Of a stretch of 32,000 bases of DNA, positions 10,539 to 19,994 are shown piece by piece. The notes beneath the pieces were generated by a model, which made no database searches, had not been told where the DNA came from, and saw nothing but the letters and a program-made list of their open reading frames with translations. Within the stretch, counting starts at the first letter, position 1. Each line of letters starts with the position of its first letter. The stretch lies in the NCBI GenBank assembly GCA_041659405.1, contig JBAZYK010000001.1, positions 203,047 to 235,046 on the forward strand, given 5' to 3'. The DNA comes from Candidatus Altimarinota bacterium. Its GTDB lineage: Bacteria; Patescibacteriota; Gracilibacteria; UBA1369. The position numbers and the translations under genes were made by a program.

Positions 10539-11138
10539 ATGAGCAAAAATCCGAATTCTTCTGCTCAGGAGCAAAAACCTTCAGCGGCAAAGCGAATCGC
10601 CCTGCTTGCGGCTAAAAATGAGCGTATTTTCCACACCAAAGATTTAGCCAATTTATGGCTTATCACCAATAAAAATACGTTATACACCTTACTCAAGCGC
10701 TATACCAGATTGGGACTGCTTCATAGGATTTATAAGGGGTTTTATTCGCTTGTTCCATTGCAGGAAATTGATCCGGTTTTGATTGGCAGCAAGGCGCTTC
10801 ATCAATATTGTTATTTAAGTACGGAAACTATTCTTTATCGCGAAGGTTATATTTCGCAGAAAGTTGGTTTTTATAGTTTTATAAGCCACAAATCCGGGAA
10901 GTTTAACGTTGGAGATTCCTTTTATAAAAGTCGCCAGCTGCTTGATCAATATTTGTTTCAAACAGATGGCATTATTGATGTTGATGGGTATAAAATAGCA
11001 ACGGCTCCACGTGCCATTGCTGACATGCTCTACTTTAATTCAAGATTTCACTTTGATAAAACGGTAAATTGGAATGAAATAAAATCGCTACAGCAAAAAA
11101 TCGGCTATCCTTTTACGCCTCATCGCTATAAATCATGA
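10539..11138 (+). CDS. AbiEi-like antitoxin/transcriptional regulator of a type IV TA system
   Basis: N-terminal winged-helix-like segment FHTKDLANLWLITNKNTLYTLLKRYTRLGLLHRIYKGFYSLVP; overlaps the nucleotidyltransferase gene by 4 bp. Confidence 0.75.
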   Translation: MSKNPNSSAQEQKPSAAKRIALLAAKNERIFHTKDLANLWLITNKNTLYTLLKRYTRLGLLHRIYKGFYSLVPLQEIDPVLIGSKALHQYCYLSTETILYREGYISQKVGFYSFISHKSGKFNVGDSFYKSRQLLDQYLFQTDGIIDVDGYKIATAPRAIADMLYFNSRFHFDKTVNWNEIKSLQQKIGYPFTPHRYKS

Positions 11139-11872
11139 TCCTTCCCGATCCATCAGATGCAATCCATAAAGCCTGGCTCTATCGTATTTTAAGCGGGATA
11201 GCCGATGATGAATTTTTAATTTCACAACTGCGTTTTAAAGGTGGTACCTGCGCGGCTATGCGGCATATTATTGACCGTTTTTCGGTGGATCTTGATTTTG
11301 ATCTTTTGGATCAGGCAAAAGTTGAGGATGTTCGCCGGCATTTGGAAAAAATTTTCTTAAAACTGGAACTGAAAATTGATGAACAAAGTAAGCGGGTGCC
11401 TCAATATTTCCTGAAATATAAAAACAAAGCAGGTGAAAGAAATACCATGCGACTTGATGTGACCTTTCCTCCGCCAAAATCCAATGATTATGAAGCGTTG
11501 CGTTTAAATGAAATTGATCGTGTTATTTATTGCCACACCGTACCAACCATGTTCGCAAATAAACTCGTAAGCGTTATTGATCGTTATGAAAAACATGGAT
11601 CAATTGCCGGTCGTGATGTGTATGATATTCACACTTTTTTCCTGAAAGGATTTAAATATAAACCGGGAATTATCATGGAAAGAAGACAAAAATCGGCAGT
11701 GGACTTTCTGATGGAATTGCAAAAATTCATTGAAAAATATTTCACCCAAACCGTAATTGATCAGGACTTGAGTGTGCTGTTGCCACCGGCTGATTTTAAG
11801 CGCGCACGGAAAATATTAAAGCAGGAAGTTTTGATGTTTTTGACTGATGAGATCAATAATATTAACCTATGA
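11135..11872 (+). CDS. AbiEii-like nucleotidyltransferase toxin
   Basis: RFKGGTCAAMRHIIDRFSVDLDFDLL motif typical of the AbiEii/AbiGii family; RDVYDIHTFFLKG in the C-terminal half. Confidence 0.85.
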   Translation: MILPDPSDAIHKAWLYRILSGIADDEFLISQLRFKGGTCAAMRHIIDRFSVDLDFDLLDQAKVEDVRRHLEKIFLKLELKIDEQSKRVPQYFLKYKNKAGERNTMRLDVTFPPPKSNDYEALRLNEIDRVIYCHTVPTMFANKLVSVIDRYEKHGSIAGRDVYDIHTFFLKGFKYKPGIIMERRQKSAVDFLMELQKFIEKYFTQTVIDQDLSVLLPPADFKRARKILKQEVLMFLTDEINNINL

Positions 11873-12627
11873 ACATCCTCACCTATATTATTGTCTTTGT
11901 AACCAGCTTTTTTGCCGGATTTATGGGCGGACAAGTTGGCGGAGGTGGATTGATTCTTTTGCCAATGCTGCTTTTGGTCGGTCTGAACCCATTGGTGGCC
12001 CTTGGTACTTCCCGATTTTCGGGGATTTTTTTGAATGTTGTGGGAACATGGCAACATCTTCGTCATCATAAAATTCCGACTAATCACGTCCTGCTTTTTG
12101 GAATTATGAGTCTGCTTGGCTCTTTGGGTGGATCTTTGCTGGTTTTCTACCTTCCGATTGATATGGAGAATTTGAAAAAAATAATTATCGCGGTCTTATT
12201 TTTAATTTTGGTGATAGTGTTTTTTTCGCAGAAATTGGGGCAAATTGACAATGATTTACATCCATCAAAAAAACATTATGTCTTATTGAGTATTATGGTT
12301 TTTTTAATTGGAATTTATGGAGGTGTTATTGGCGTTGCCATGACCACTTTCTTTATGATGCTTTTTACTTTTTATAAGCAAAGCTATCTGCAGAGTATGG
12401 CTTATGCAATTTTACTTAGCCTAATTGCATCGATTATTGCTACGATAATTTTCATGTATTACGGTTCGGTTGATTACACGCTGGGAATATTACAGGGCAT
12501 TGGTGGCGGAATTGGAACTTATTTTGGTTCGCGTTTCATCATAAAAAAAGGGAATCTTTGGCTGAAATATATTTTGGCGGTTGTGATTTTAATCACGCTG
12601 GGGAAAATGGGCTGGGACCTGTTTTAA
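11869..12627 (+). CDS. TauE/SafE-family membrane permease
   Basis: MNILTYIIVFVTSFFAGFMGGQVGGGGLILLPMLLLVGLNPLVALGTSR and later GVIGVAMTTFFMM, multiple TM helices; ATG overlaps the previous stop by 4 bp. Confidence 0.85.
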   Translation: MNILTYIIVFVTSFFAGFMGGQVGGGGLILLPMLLLVGLNPLVALGTSRFSGIFLNVVGTWQHLRHHKIPTNHVLLFGIMSLLGSLGGSLLVFYLPIDMENLKKIIIAVLFLILVIVFFSQKLGQIDNDLHPSKKHYVLLSIMVFLIGIYGGVIGVAMTTFFMMLFTFYKQSYLQSMAYAILLSLIASIIATIIFMYYGSVDYTLGILQGIGGGIGTYFGSRFIIKKGNLWLKYILAVVILITLGKMGWDLF

Positions 12628-12638
12628 AAATTTCCAAA

Positions 12639-14120
12639 CTAAATAAGATTGGTTTTCCGCCCCTGCGCTTCTCCTTTTAACAGCCAGTCCAAGGCTTGCG
12701 TGGCTTTTACTTCTACGATTGCACCTACCAAATCCGGGCTGCCTTTAAACTGGACTACTTTGGTTTCACGGCTTTTGCCCTCGCATTCGCCGGTTGATTC
12801 AATATAGCGTTCCACTAAAACTTCTAAAATTTTCCCGACCATGGCTTCGTGTTTTTCGTGCGAGCATTCTGTAAGAATACTGTTTGATTTGTGCCATCTT
12901 CTGGCCTTTTCTTCTCTGGAAACATCATCCTTGAAAGCATTGAATGAAACCGTGCCGCGACGTGGACTGTAGCGGCTGATATAAGCCATATCCCAGCGAA
13001 TTTCTTTAAAAATATCATAAGTTTCTTCAAACTGTTCATCGGTTTCGCTGCAAAATCCAACAATAATATCGGTTGTAATAGCGGCATTTGGCATTTTCTC
13101 GCGAATTTTACTGATGATTTTTTTGTAATCCTCAACCGTATATTTGCGATTCATCTTTTTTAAAACGGCATCACTCCCCGACTGAATTGGTAGATGAAAA
13201 TGCGGACAAAGAACTTCCAAATCAACATGGGCCTGAATAAGCGCGTCCGTGTAATCATGCGGATGAGATGAAATAAAACGCAGACGATTTAAGCCGGAAT
13301 CTTTTAATTTATTGATCTCTGTCAAAAGCTGGACAAATGGCTCCTGGTTGCGGTTATATAGCTCATCAAAGAGACCACTTTTTTTATCCAGTCCACTTAT
13401 GCCATAGGAATTAACGGTTTGACCAACCAGAGTAATTTCTTTGCAGCCCTGTTCAATTAAAGTTTTGCATTCGGCCAAAATTTCCGGCAGGGGGCGACTC
13501 TGTTCGCGACCACGGGCATAAGGCACAATGCAGTAGGTGCAATATTTATCGCAGCCGATTTGGATTGGGACAAAGGCCGAAAACTTTGTGCTGTATTTTG
13601 GCTTAATCTTAAGGTAATCCTTTAAATTCCGACTTGCAGATGTTTGCGAATTTTCTGATCCATTTGCAGTTTCTTGTTGATCCGCTTCGGAAATTTTCGG
13701 TTCGTCCGTCAGCGGGGTTTCAAGCTGTGGCAAATCCAATTGCGGCTCCGCTTCAAGCAAAATATCGGCCAATTTTTGGGTATCGGTAATGCGAAAAACA
13801 AAATCAACGGTATCAATTTTTTTAATGATTTCGTCTTTAATTTCTTTTTCGGAATTCCGACTACTCGTACTCCTTACCATGCAACCGGTAATACCCACTA
13901 AAAGCCTTGGATTACGCTTTTTTTGGAACTCCAAATTCTTAAGAAAACCATAAACGCGATCCTCACCTTTTTGGCGAATAGAGCAGGTGTTGAAGATAAA
14001 AAGGTCGGTTTCTTCGACATTTTCGCCCTTTTTGTAGCCGATTTTTTCCAGTACCGCAGCCACTCTTTCACTATCGGAATAGTTCATGGCGCAACCAAGC
14101 GTTTGAATAAGATATTTCAT
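12639..14120 (-). CDS. miaB: tRNA-2-methylthio-N6-dimethylallyladenosine synthase (MiaB-like radical SAM methylthiotransferase)
   Basis: LIQTLGCAMNYSDSE, NTCSIRQKGEDRVYG, radical SAM CDKYCTYCIVPYARGREQSR; start moved from 14312 to the ATG at 14120, where homology begins (MKYLIQTLGC). Confidence 0.9.
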   Translation of the reverse strand: MKYLIQTLGCAMNYSDSERVAAVLEKIGYKKGENVEETDLFIFNTCSIRQKGEDRVYGFLKNLEFQKKRNPRLLVGITGCMVRSTSSRNSEKEIKDEIIKKIDTVDFVFRITDTQKLADILLEAEPQLDLPQLETPLTDEPKISEADQQETANGSENSQTSASRNLKDYLKIKPKYSTKFSAFVPIQIGCDKYCTYCIVPYARGREQSRPLPEILAECKTLIEQGCKEITLVGQTVNSYGISGLDKKSGLFDELYNRNQEPFVQLLTEINKLKDSGLNRLRFISSHPHDYTDALIQAHVDLEVLCPHFHLPIQSGSDAVLKKMNRKYTVEDYKKIISKIREKMPNAAITTDIIVGFCSETDEQFEETYDIFKEIRWDMAYISRYSPRRGTVSFNAFKDDVSREEKARRWHKSNSILTECSHEKHEAMVGKILEVLVERYIESTGECEGKSRETKVVQFKGSPDLVGAIVEVKATQALDWLLKGEAQGRKTNLI

Positions 14121-14187
14121 TGATGGGTATAATTGATCTTTTGGCCCGTTTGTGCTATCATTATATGAATTTCTAACAAAAACCCAA

Positions 14188-14802
14188 ATGAAAAATTTAA
14201 GCAAAACACAAATCGCAACTGCGGCAGGTAGCGCACTTGTACTTGTCTTGGCAATTGCGGCAGTATCAAGCACCGGAAGCTTGTACCAGGGATTCCTGAT
14301 ACCTTCGGACAATGGTTCTCAGCAACTGCATTCTTCTTTTGTTATGCCGGTTGCCACTTTACTAACTCCATCAAATCAGCTTCGCCCCGGGCTTAATTCT
14401 GTTTTAAAAGCAAAAATCACTTCACTCAGCGCGACTCAACTTTCAAAATTAAAAGTTCGTTTTGACTTTACCGATCTGGCTTTTAGCAATATTAGCGTGG
14501 TTGTAAATGGCAATAATCGAACCAATGATTTAACTGCCGATAATCAGGTTCAGATGAGTGCTTCCGTTGACGATGCTCAAGGCAAAAATAAGACTTTTGT
14601 TTTTGAATTCGCAAAGCCGGTTGCGCTTGAAGCAGGTCAAAATACAGTTGAGGTCGTTTTGACTGCAGATGCACTAACAATCAATTCGATTTTGGCAAGT
14701 AGCCTGATTGATATGGTTGTAACAGACAATGGCCAGGCCTACGTTGTGGAAGGCCCTATGGAAAAAGCCGTGTTGAAGGTTAACTATACAACTGCAAACT
14801 AG
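14188..14802 (+). CDS. Hypothetical exported or membrane-anchored protein
   Basis: Signal/anchor segment TAAGSALVLVLAIAAVSSTGSLYQGF followed by a beta-rich region; the upstream ATG at 14152 is also possible. Confidence 0.55.
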   Translation: MKNLSKTQIATAAGSALVLVLAIAAVSSTGSLYQGFLIPSDNGSQQLHSSFVMPVATLLTPSNQLRPGLNSVLKAKITSLSATQLSKLKVRFDFTDLAFSNISVVVNGNNRTNDLTADNQVQMSASVDDAQGKNKTFVFEFAKPVALEAGQNTVEVVLTADALTINSILASSLIDMVVTDNGQAYVVEGPMEKAVLKVNYTTAN

Positions 14803-14816
14803 GCACTAATTGGGGA

Positions 14817-16916
14817 TTATTTAGCCTCGCGCCAGAAGATTGTATATTGATCAGCTCCACCAGCTTTCTTAACTGTAGCAGTAAATCTTGTGCCGTCGGC
14901 AGCTGTTACCGTTATGCTTTCCTGGCCAAACCATTCACCTGCTCTTATTCTTTGTTCAGTTTGAGATTTTAAATTTGAGTATGGATCTTTTTCAACATGA
15001 TTGGAAACTTTTTCAGCATTAGGAGCAGTTTGAGTTTTTCCATTTTCGATTGTTGAACCGGAAACAGTTGTATTTGGAGTATTAGAGTCTGAGTCTACAG
15101 TAGTAAAATTACCTTCTCTTGAGCCAAAACTGTTTGAAGTTGGAGTGGCTGGAGTAGCAGAAACTGAACTAGCCGGACTGTTACCACTTAACTTATGTCT
15201 TTTATGCAAAGTTGGGACTTTTGCAGCGTTATTGGAATCTAAATTCGCTGTAGCTGTTGATGTTTTTGGAGCTTCTGTGTTCGCAACAGTTGGGGCTTTT
15301 GCAGACACTGTTGCGGGAGATGTGGATGCGCCGGGAGTATTCTGTGCCTGGCCGACCAAATGGCCTGCAGCAGGCATATTTATAGCATCTCTAACTCTGG
15401 TCATCATAGCTTGTGATGGTTGTCCCGGTTCTTGAACATATGATGCAGGTATTGTATTTAAAGCAAGATTTTCATGAGTAGCTCTTGCAAATGACCTTAT
15501 AACCGCGTGAACAGTTTCATTTGGATCTACTACCCGTCCTTGTGGGGTTTCATTAATTTTGGCTTCTTTCAAAGCACTTTGTACTTTCGCATGAAGATTT
15601 GTTGGAACCGAGGCCATCTTATCTTCTACTTGCTTATAAAGTTTTGTTCTTTGAATCTTGGCAAAAGCATCTTCGTATGCTCTTTGAGCTGTGATTTGAT
15701 GAGATTTTGGTGGCACACCCGGTCTATCGAGTTCAGCTGGTCGAGTTGAAACTTTAGGTAATGCTACCGGAAGTTTTTCACCTGATGTCGCAGATTTAGT
15801 CCCAATTGTGTGCGCGCCTGCAGTTTTTTGAGCAGTACGTGAGGCATTTTTACTAAAATCATAATAGGCTGCTCCTGGCTCAGAAGACTTTTTTGCTTGA
15901 GCGACTGATCCTGCATTTTTTTGAGCTGATTGTTGTGGTCGATTATATCTAAAGTTATAGTATGGAAGTGATTGTCCCGTAGCTGATCGACCTGTAGATG
16001 TTGGTCCCGTAGATTCAGGCTTTAAACTCGGTCTTGAAGAACTGGCATTGTTTTTACTTGTATGGCCAGCCATTGAAACGGATTTTGCTAAAGCTGGAGA
16101 GGTTGGAGCTGAGGAATGTGATTTACCAGTACCAAACTTGGCAGATGGAACGGACTTTGCCGCAGTTTTTGAAGCTGGGGCCGTGGATGCTGTGCTTGGG
16201 CTCGCACTTGGAGCGGCTGCTACAGAGGCCACAGACGATGCGGAAGTAGCTACACCTGCGTCAGTTGATGCGGTTGCCTCTACTGATGATGCAGCGTCGC
16301 CGGCATCAGAAACATCTGCACTTGCGTCTTTGGCTTGTGCATCGGTTCCGGCATCTTTTGAAGCTTTTGCAGTTACGGCTGAGGTTGGACCTGAGCCGCC
16401 ACTACCACCATGATTACCACATGTTTGCGTAGTCGCAATTGCACCTAAGCTCAAAAGAAGACCTAAACCAGCTGCGCGTCCTGCTCTTTTTGAGAAACTA
16501 GGAAGCTTCAATCCGGTGATTGCGTCTCTTACTTTAGAAGCAATTTTGCCAACAGCTCCGAAGTTCCGTGAACTTTCTTTTTTTTCATTTATTAATTTCA
16601 ATTCTTCCGCAGTTAAACCTTCAAGAGCTACAGCACGAAGTTCTTTTGCTGTTTCTATAGCTTGTGCGCGTCCGTCTCTGGTAAAATTGCGAATTCCATC
16701 AGCTTTATTCTCACCTTGAACATATTGTTGAAGGTCAATCCCTGCGGCATATTTATCAAGATAAGAAGTGTCCTCAAAAAAAACTTGCTCATTGGCAGTA
16801 AAAGCATTTTTATCATTTAGGATTGGAAATACGTTTGCACCATCACCTGGGAGGGAATGCTCCCCACTTGATCTATCTGGGTTTGATTCCGCAAATTGTA
16901 AGTTTCTAGTACTCAT
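14817..16916 (-). CDS. Large Ser/Ala/Pro-rich low-complexity protein with an internal hydrophobic segment
   Basis: Continuous 699 aa ORF; ~150 aa charged N-terminus, hydrophobic AAGLGLLLSLGAIATTQTCGN, then a long Ser/Ala/Thr/Pro region and a compact C-terminus. Confidence 0.7.
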   Translation of the reverse strand: MSTRNLQFAESNPDRSSGEHSLPGDGANVFPILNDKNAFTANEQVFFEDTSYLDKYAAGIDLQQYVQGENKADGIRNFTRDGRAQAIETAKELRAVALEGLTAEELKLINEKKESSRNFGAVGKIASKVRDAITGLKLPSFSKRAGRAAGLGLLLSLGAIATTQTCGNHGGSGGSGPTSAVTAKASKDAGTDAQAKDASADVSDAGDAASSVEATASTDAGVATSASSVASVAAAPSASPSTASTAPASKTAAKSVPSAKFGTGKSHSSAPTSPALAKSVSMAGHTSKNNASSSRPSLKPESTGPTSTGRSATGQSLPYYNFRYNRPQQSAQKNAGSVAQAKKSSEPGAAYYDFSKNASRTAQKTAGAHTIGTKSATSGEKLPVALPKVSTRPAELDRPGVPPKSHQITAQRAYEDAFAKIQRTKLYKQVEDKMASVPTNLHAKVQSALKEAKINETPQGRVVDPNETVHAVIRSFARATHENLALNTIPASYVQEPGQPSQAMMTRVRDAINMPAAGHLVGQAQNTPGASTSPATVSAKAPTVANTEAPKTSTATANLDSNNAAKVPTLHKRHKLSGNSPASSVSATPATPTSNSFGSREGNFTTVDSDSNTPNTTVSGSTIENGKTQTAPNAEKVSNHVEKDPYSNLKSQTEQRIRAGEWFGQESITVTAADGTRFTATVKKAGGADQYTIFWREAK

Positions 16917-17167
16917 GAATATGTTGTTATTGTAAATATCATTGATTATAACGCGTTGGCCCGGGAATTATTACAGTAGTTATTACAGAGTTATTACATG
17001 AATTTCTTAGCCAGGATTCTTATTTAAACGCATTACACGATAAAAGTCAAGCATTTCATAGCATAATGTATGTGAATCAATGTCAAGGAAAGTTGGGGGA
17101 CGGCTAAAAAGGGCTGCTGTTTTGAGTGGTTTAAGCTTTTGGACTAGCCGCACTGGCAAACTTTCGT

Positions 17168-17395
17168 TTATTTGGTTTTCTTATCTAAAATATTCCAAAA
17201 TTCCTTTTTGGTAATTTTAAGTTGCCTGCAAATCCACATAAAAATATCCTCTCCGATTTCGGCATATCTTGGAATGGTTATTTTCCCAACTCCGTCTTTT
17301 TTGTACTGCCAATGACTGGATTGGATTTCCCTGAGCGTAAACCCCAAGTATTCAACTACTTTTTGAATTTCATTGGGCTTGAGCGGTCTACGCAT
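17168..17395 (-). CDS. HicA-like mRNA interferase toxin
   Basis: MRRPLKPNEIQKVVEYLGFTLREIQSSHWQYKK...KITIPRYAE, HicA-like dsRBD with catalytic His; 8 bp overlap with the upstream HicB-like gene. Confidence 0.75.
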   Translation of the reverse strand: MRRPLKPNEIQKVVEYLGFTLREIQSSHWQYKKDGVGKITIPRYAEIGEDIFMWICRQLKITKKEFWNILDKKTK

Positions 17396-17714
17396 GAGTT
17401 GGCGATATGGAAGGATTATATGTAGCTTTTCCTACAAAATTTTCGATGGTTTTCGATGTACTTTTTTCATTGAGTTCCTTAAATAATTCATAAAGATCAA
17501 AATATTTTTTGGGTGCTTTTCGATAAATTTCCTTATCAGATTCGTTATCTTTGCAGCACATGCTTAAATAACCGATGGTTGCTTCGCGCAACCTATCAAT
17601 CGCCTGCCCCATGGTCTTTCCTTCGGCCATCAAATCCAAGTCTAAAGATACAGCCAAAAATTTGGAATCTTTTTTATATGCAATTTCTCTGACTGTAAAT
17701 ATTCGGTGTTTCAT
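17388..17714 (-). CDS. HicB-like antitoxin
   Basis: LDLDLMAEGKTMGQAIDRLREATIGYL, HicB N-terminal domain pattern; adjacent to the HicA-like toxin. Confidence 0.75.
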   Translation of the reverse strand: MKHRIFTVREIAYKKDSKFLAVSLDLDLMAEGKTMGQAIDRLREATIGYLSMCCKDNESDKEIYRKAPKKYFDLYELFKELNEKSTSKTIENFVGKATYNPSISPTHA

Positions 17715-17734
17715 AAATATAACTTAAACTTTAG

Positions 17735-17749
17735 ATTTACATTGTAAAT
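17735..17749. promoter_or_regulatory. Predicted operator of the hicBA-like operon
   Basis: Perfect dyad ATTTACA-T-TGTAAAT located 21-35 bp upstream of the HicB start. Confidence 0.45.
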
Positions 17750-17777
17750 GAATAAAATTTAAGGGTCAAATTTTTCC

Positions 17778-17852
17778 TGGTGTCCTCGACAGGAGTCGAA
17801 CCTGTATTTAGCCCTTAGGAGAGGCTCGTTCTATCCATTGAACTACGGGGAC
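17778..17852 (-). tRNA. tRNA-Arg (anticodon CCT), 3' CCA encoded
   Basis: RC reads GTCCCCGTAGTTCAATGGATAGAACGAGCCTCTCCTAAGGGCTAAATACAGGTTCGACTCCTGTCGAGGACACCA; cloverleaf folds with stem AGCCT/GGGCT, loop CTCCTAA and one acceptor mismatch. Confidence 0.93.
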
Positions 17853-17880
17853 CTTCCGGCTTAATCGTACTAAAAAGCGT

Positions 17881-18516
17881 TTAGGCAGTGATCGGATTCA
17901 AAATGACAAATTCGGTTTTCTCTTCAGAAAGATCAGACTTGGCATTTAACACAAATTTATCTTTTGGCAGAACGCTGGCAATTCCGGCCTGTTTGGCAAA
18001 GTTGTCCAAGGTGTCTACCGTAAGCTTTAATCCAGGCGTCATATAACGCATTGGAACCACAGCTCTTGGCTCGATTTCTTCAATTGCGGCATGAGCTTCT
18101 TTGTATCCTGCATTATTGCCACTAACAGGAACAATTAAAACGTCTACTTGGCCAATATTTTCAACGAATTCATCGCTTAGCGCGGTTGAAACATTGGTAA
18201 GATAACAAACCTTCAATCCATCAGCATCAAGCGTAAACACCATGGAATCGGCTAATTTTGGGTCATTATTGAGTTCCTGAGCTGTAATGGCAATTCCGGC
18301 CACTTCGTATTCGCCCGGCCAACTTAGTACTTTTGGCTCACCACCAATGCCTGCAGCATTATTAGTTGCAGGATCTTCCGAATTGGAAGTCAGAACAACG
18401 TTTGCTTTTATGTTAGGTAATTTAAGGCCAATTTCGTCTTTGTAAGGGTTGATAATGGCAATTCCATCCTTGGTTTTGATTGAAAGACAGCCATATCCAT
18501 GCCAGATGATTTCCAT
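17881..18516 (-). CDS. MBL-fold (UlaG-like) protein with degenerate metal-binding motifs
   Basis: MEIIWHGYGCLSIKTKDG...GLKLPNIKANVVLTSNSEDP...WPGEYEVAGI...VVPMRYMTPG; scaffold recognisable but HxHxDH absent. Confidence 0.7.
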   Translation of the reverse strand: MEIIWHGYGCLSIKTKDGIAIINPYKDEIGLKLPNIKANVVLTSNSEDPATNNAAGIGGEPKVLSWPGEYEVAGIAITAQELNNDPKLADSMVFTLDADGLKVCYLTNVSTALSDEFVENIGQVDVLIVPVSGNNAGYKEAHAAIEEIEPRAVVPMRYMTPGLKLTVDTLDNFAKQAGIASVLPKDKFVLNAKSDLSEEKTEFVILNPITA

Positions 18517-18557
18517 AAATTTTTGGGTAAATTATAAAATATTTTATTATGAGCTCG

Positions 18558-18594
18558 TTTCACCCACCCCAGGGCACTTTGTGCGTGGGCGAAA
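18558..18594. repeat. Intergenic inverted repeat/strong hairpin upstream of eno
   Basis: TTTCACCCAC (18558-18567) vs GTGGGCGAAA (18585-18594), 9/10 complementary, with an inner stem GCAC-TTT-GTGC. Confidence 0.55.
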
Positions 18595-18653
18595 TATTCG
18601 CTACAGCGGGAACTATACTTTATTTTTTTCCGATTGTAAATTTCGAGGCGTAG

Positions 18654-19982
<1,329 letters not shown>

Positions 19983-19994
19983 CGCAGCAATTTT

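Noticed and set aside
14121-14312. N-terminal extension of the miaB ORF (MSEGIRNPWYKL...)
   Set aside because: Antisense to the start of the divergent 14188-14802 gene and not MiaB-like; homology begins at the ATG at 14120.
15145-16413. Plus-strand ORFs of 66-121 aa opposite the low-complexity gene (e.g. 16048-16413)
   Set aside because: Shadow ORFs created by the GC-richer Ala/Ser repeats on the minus strand; composition explains them.
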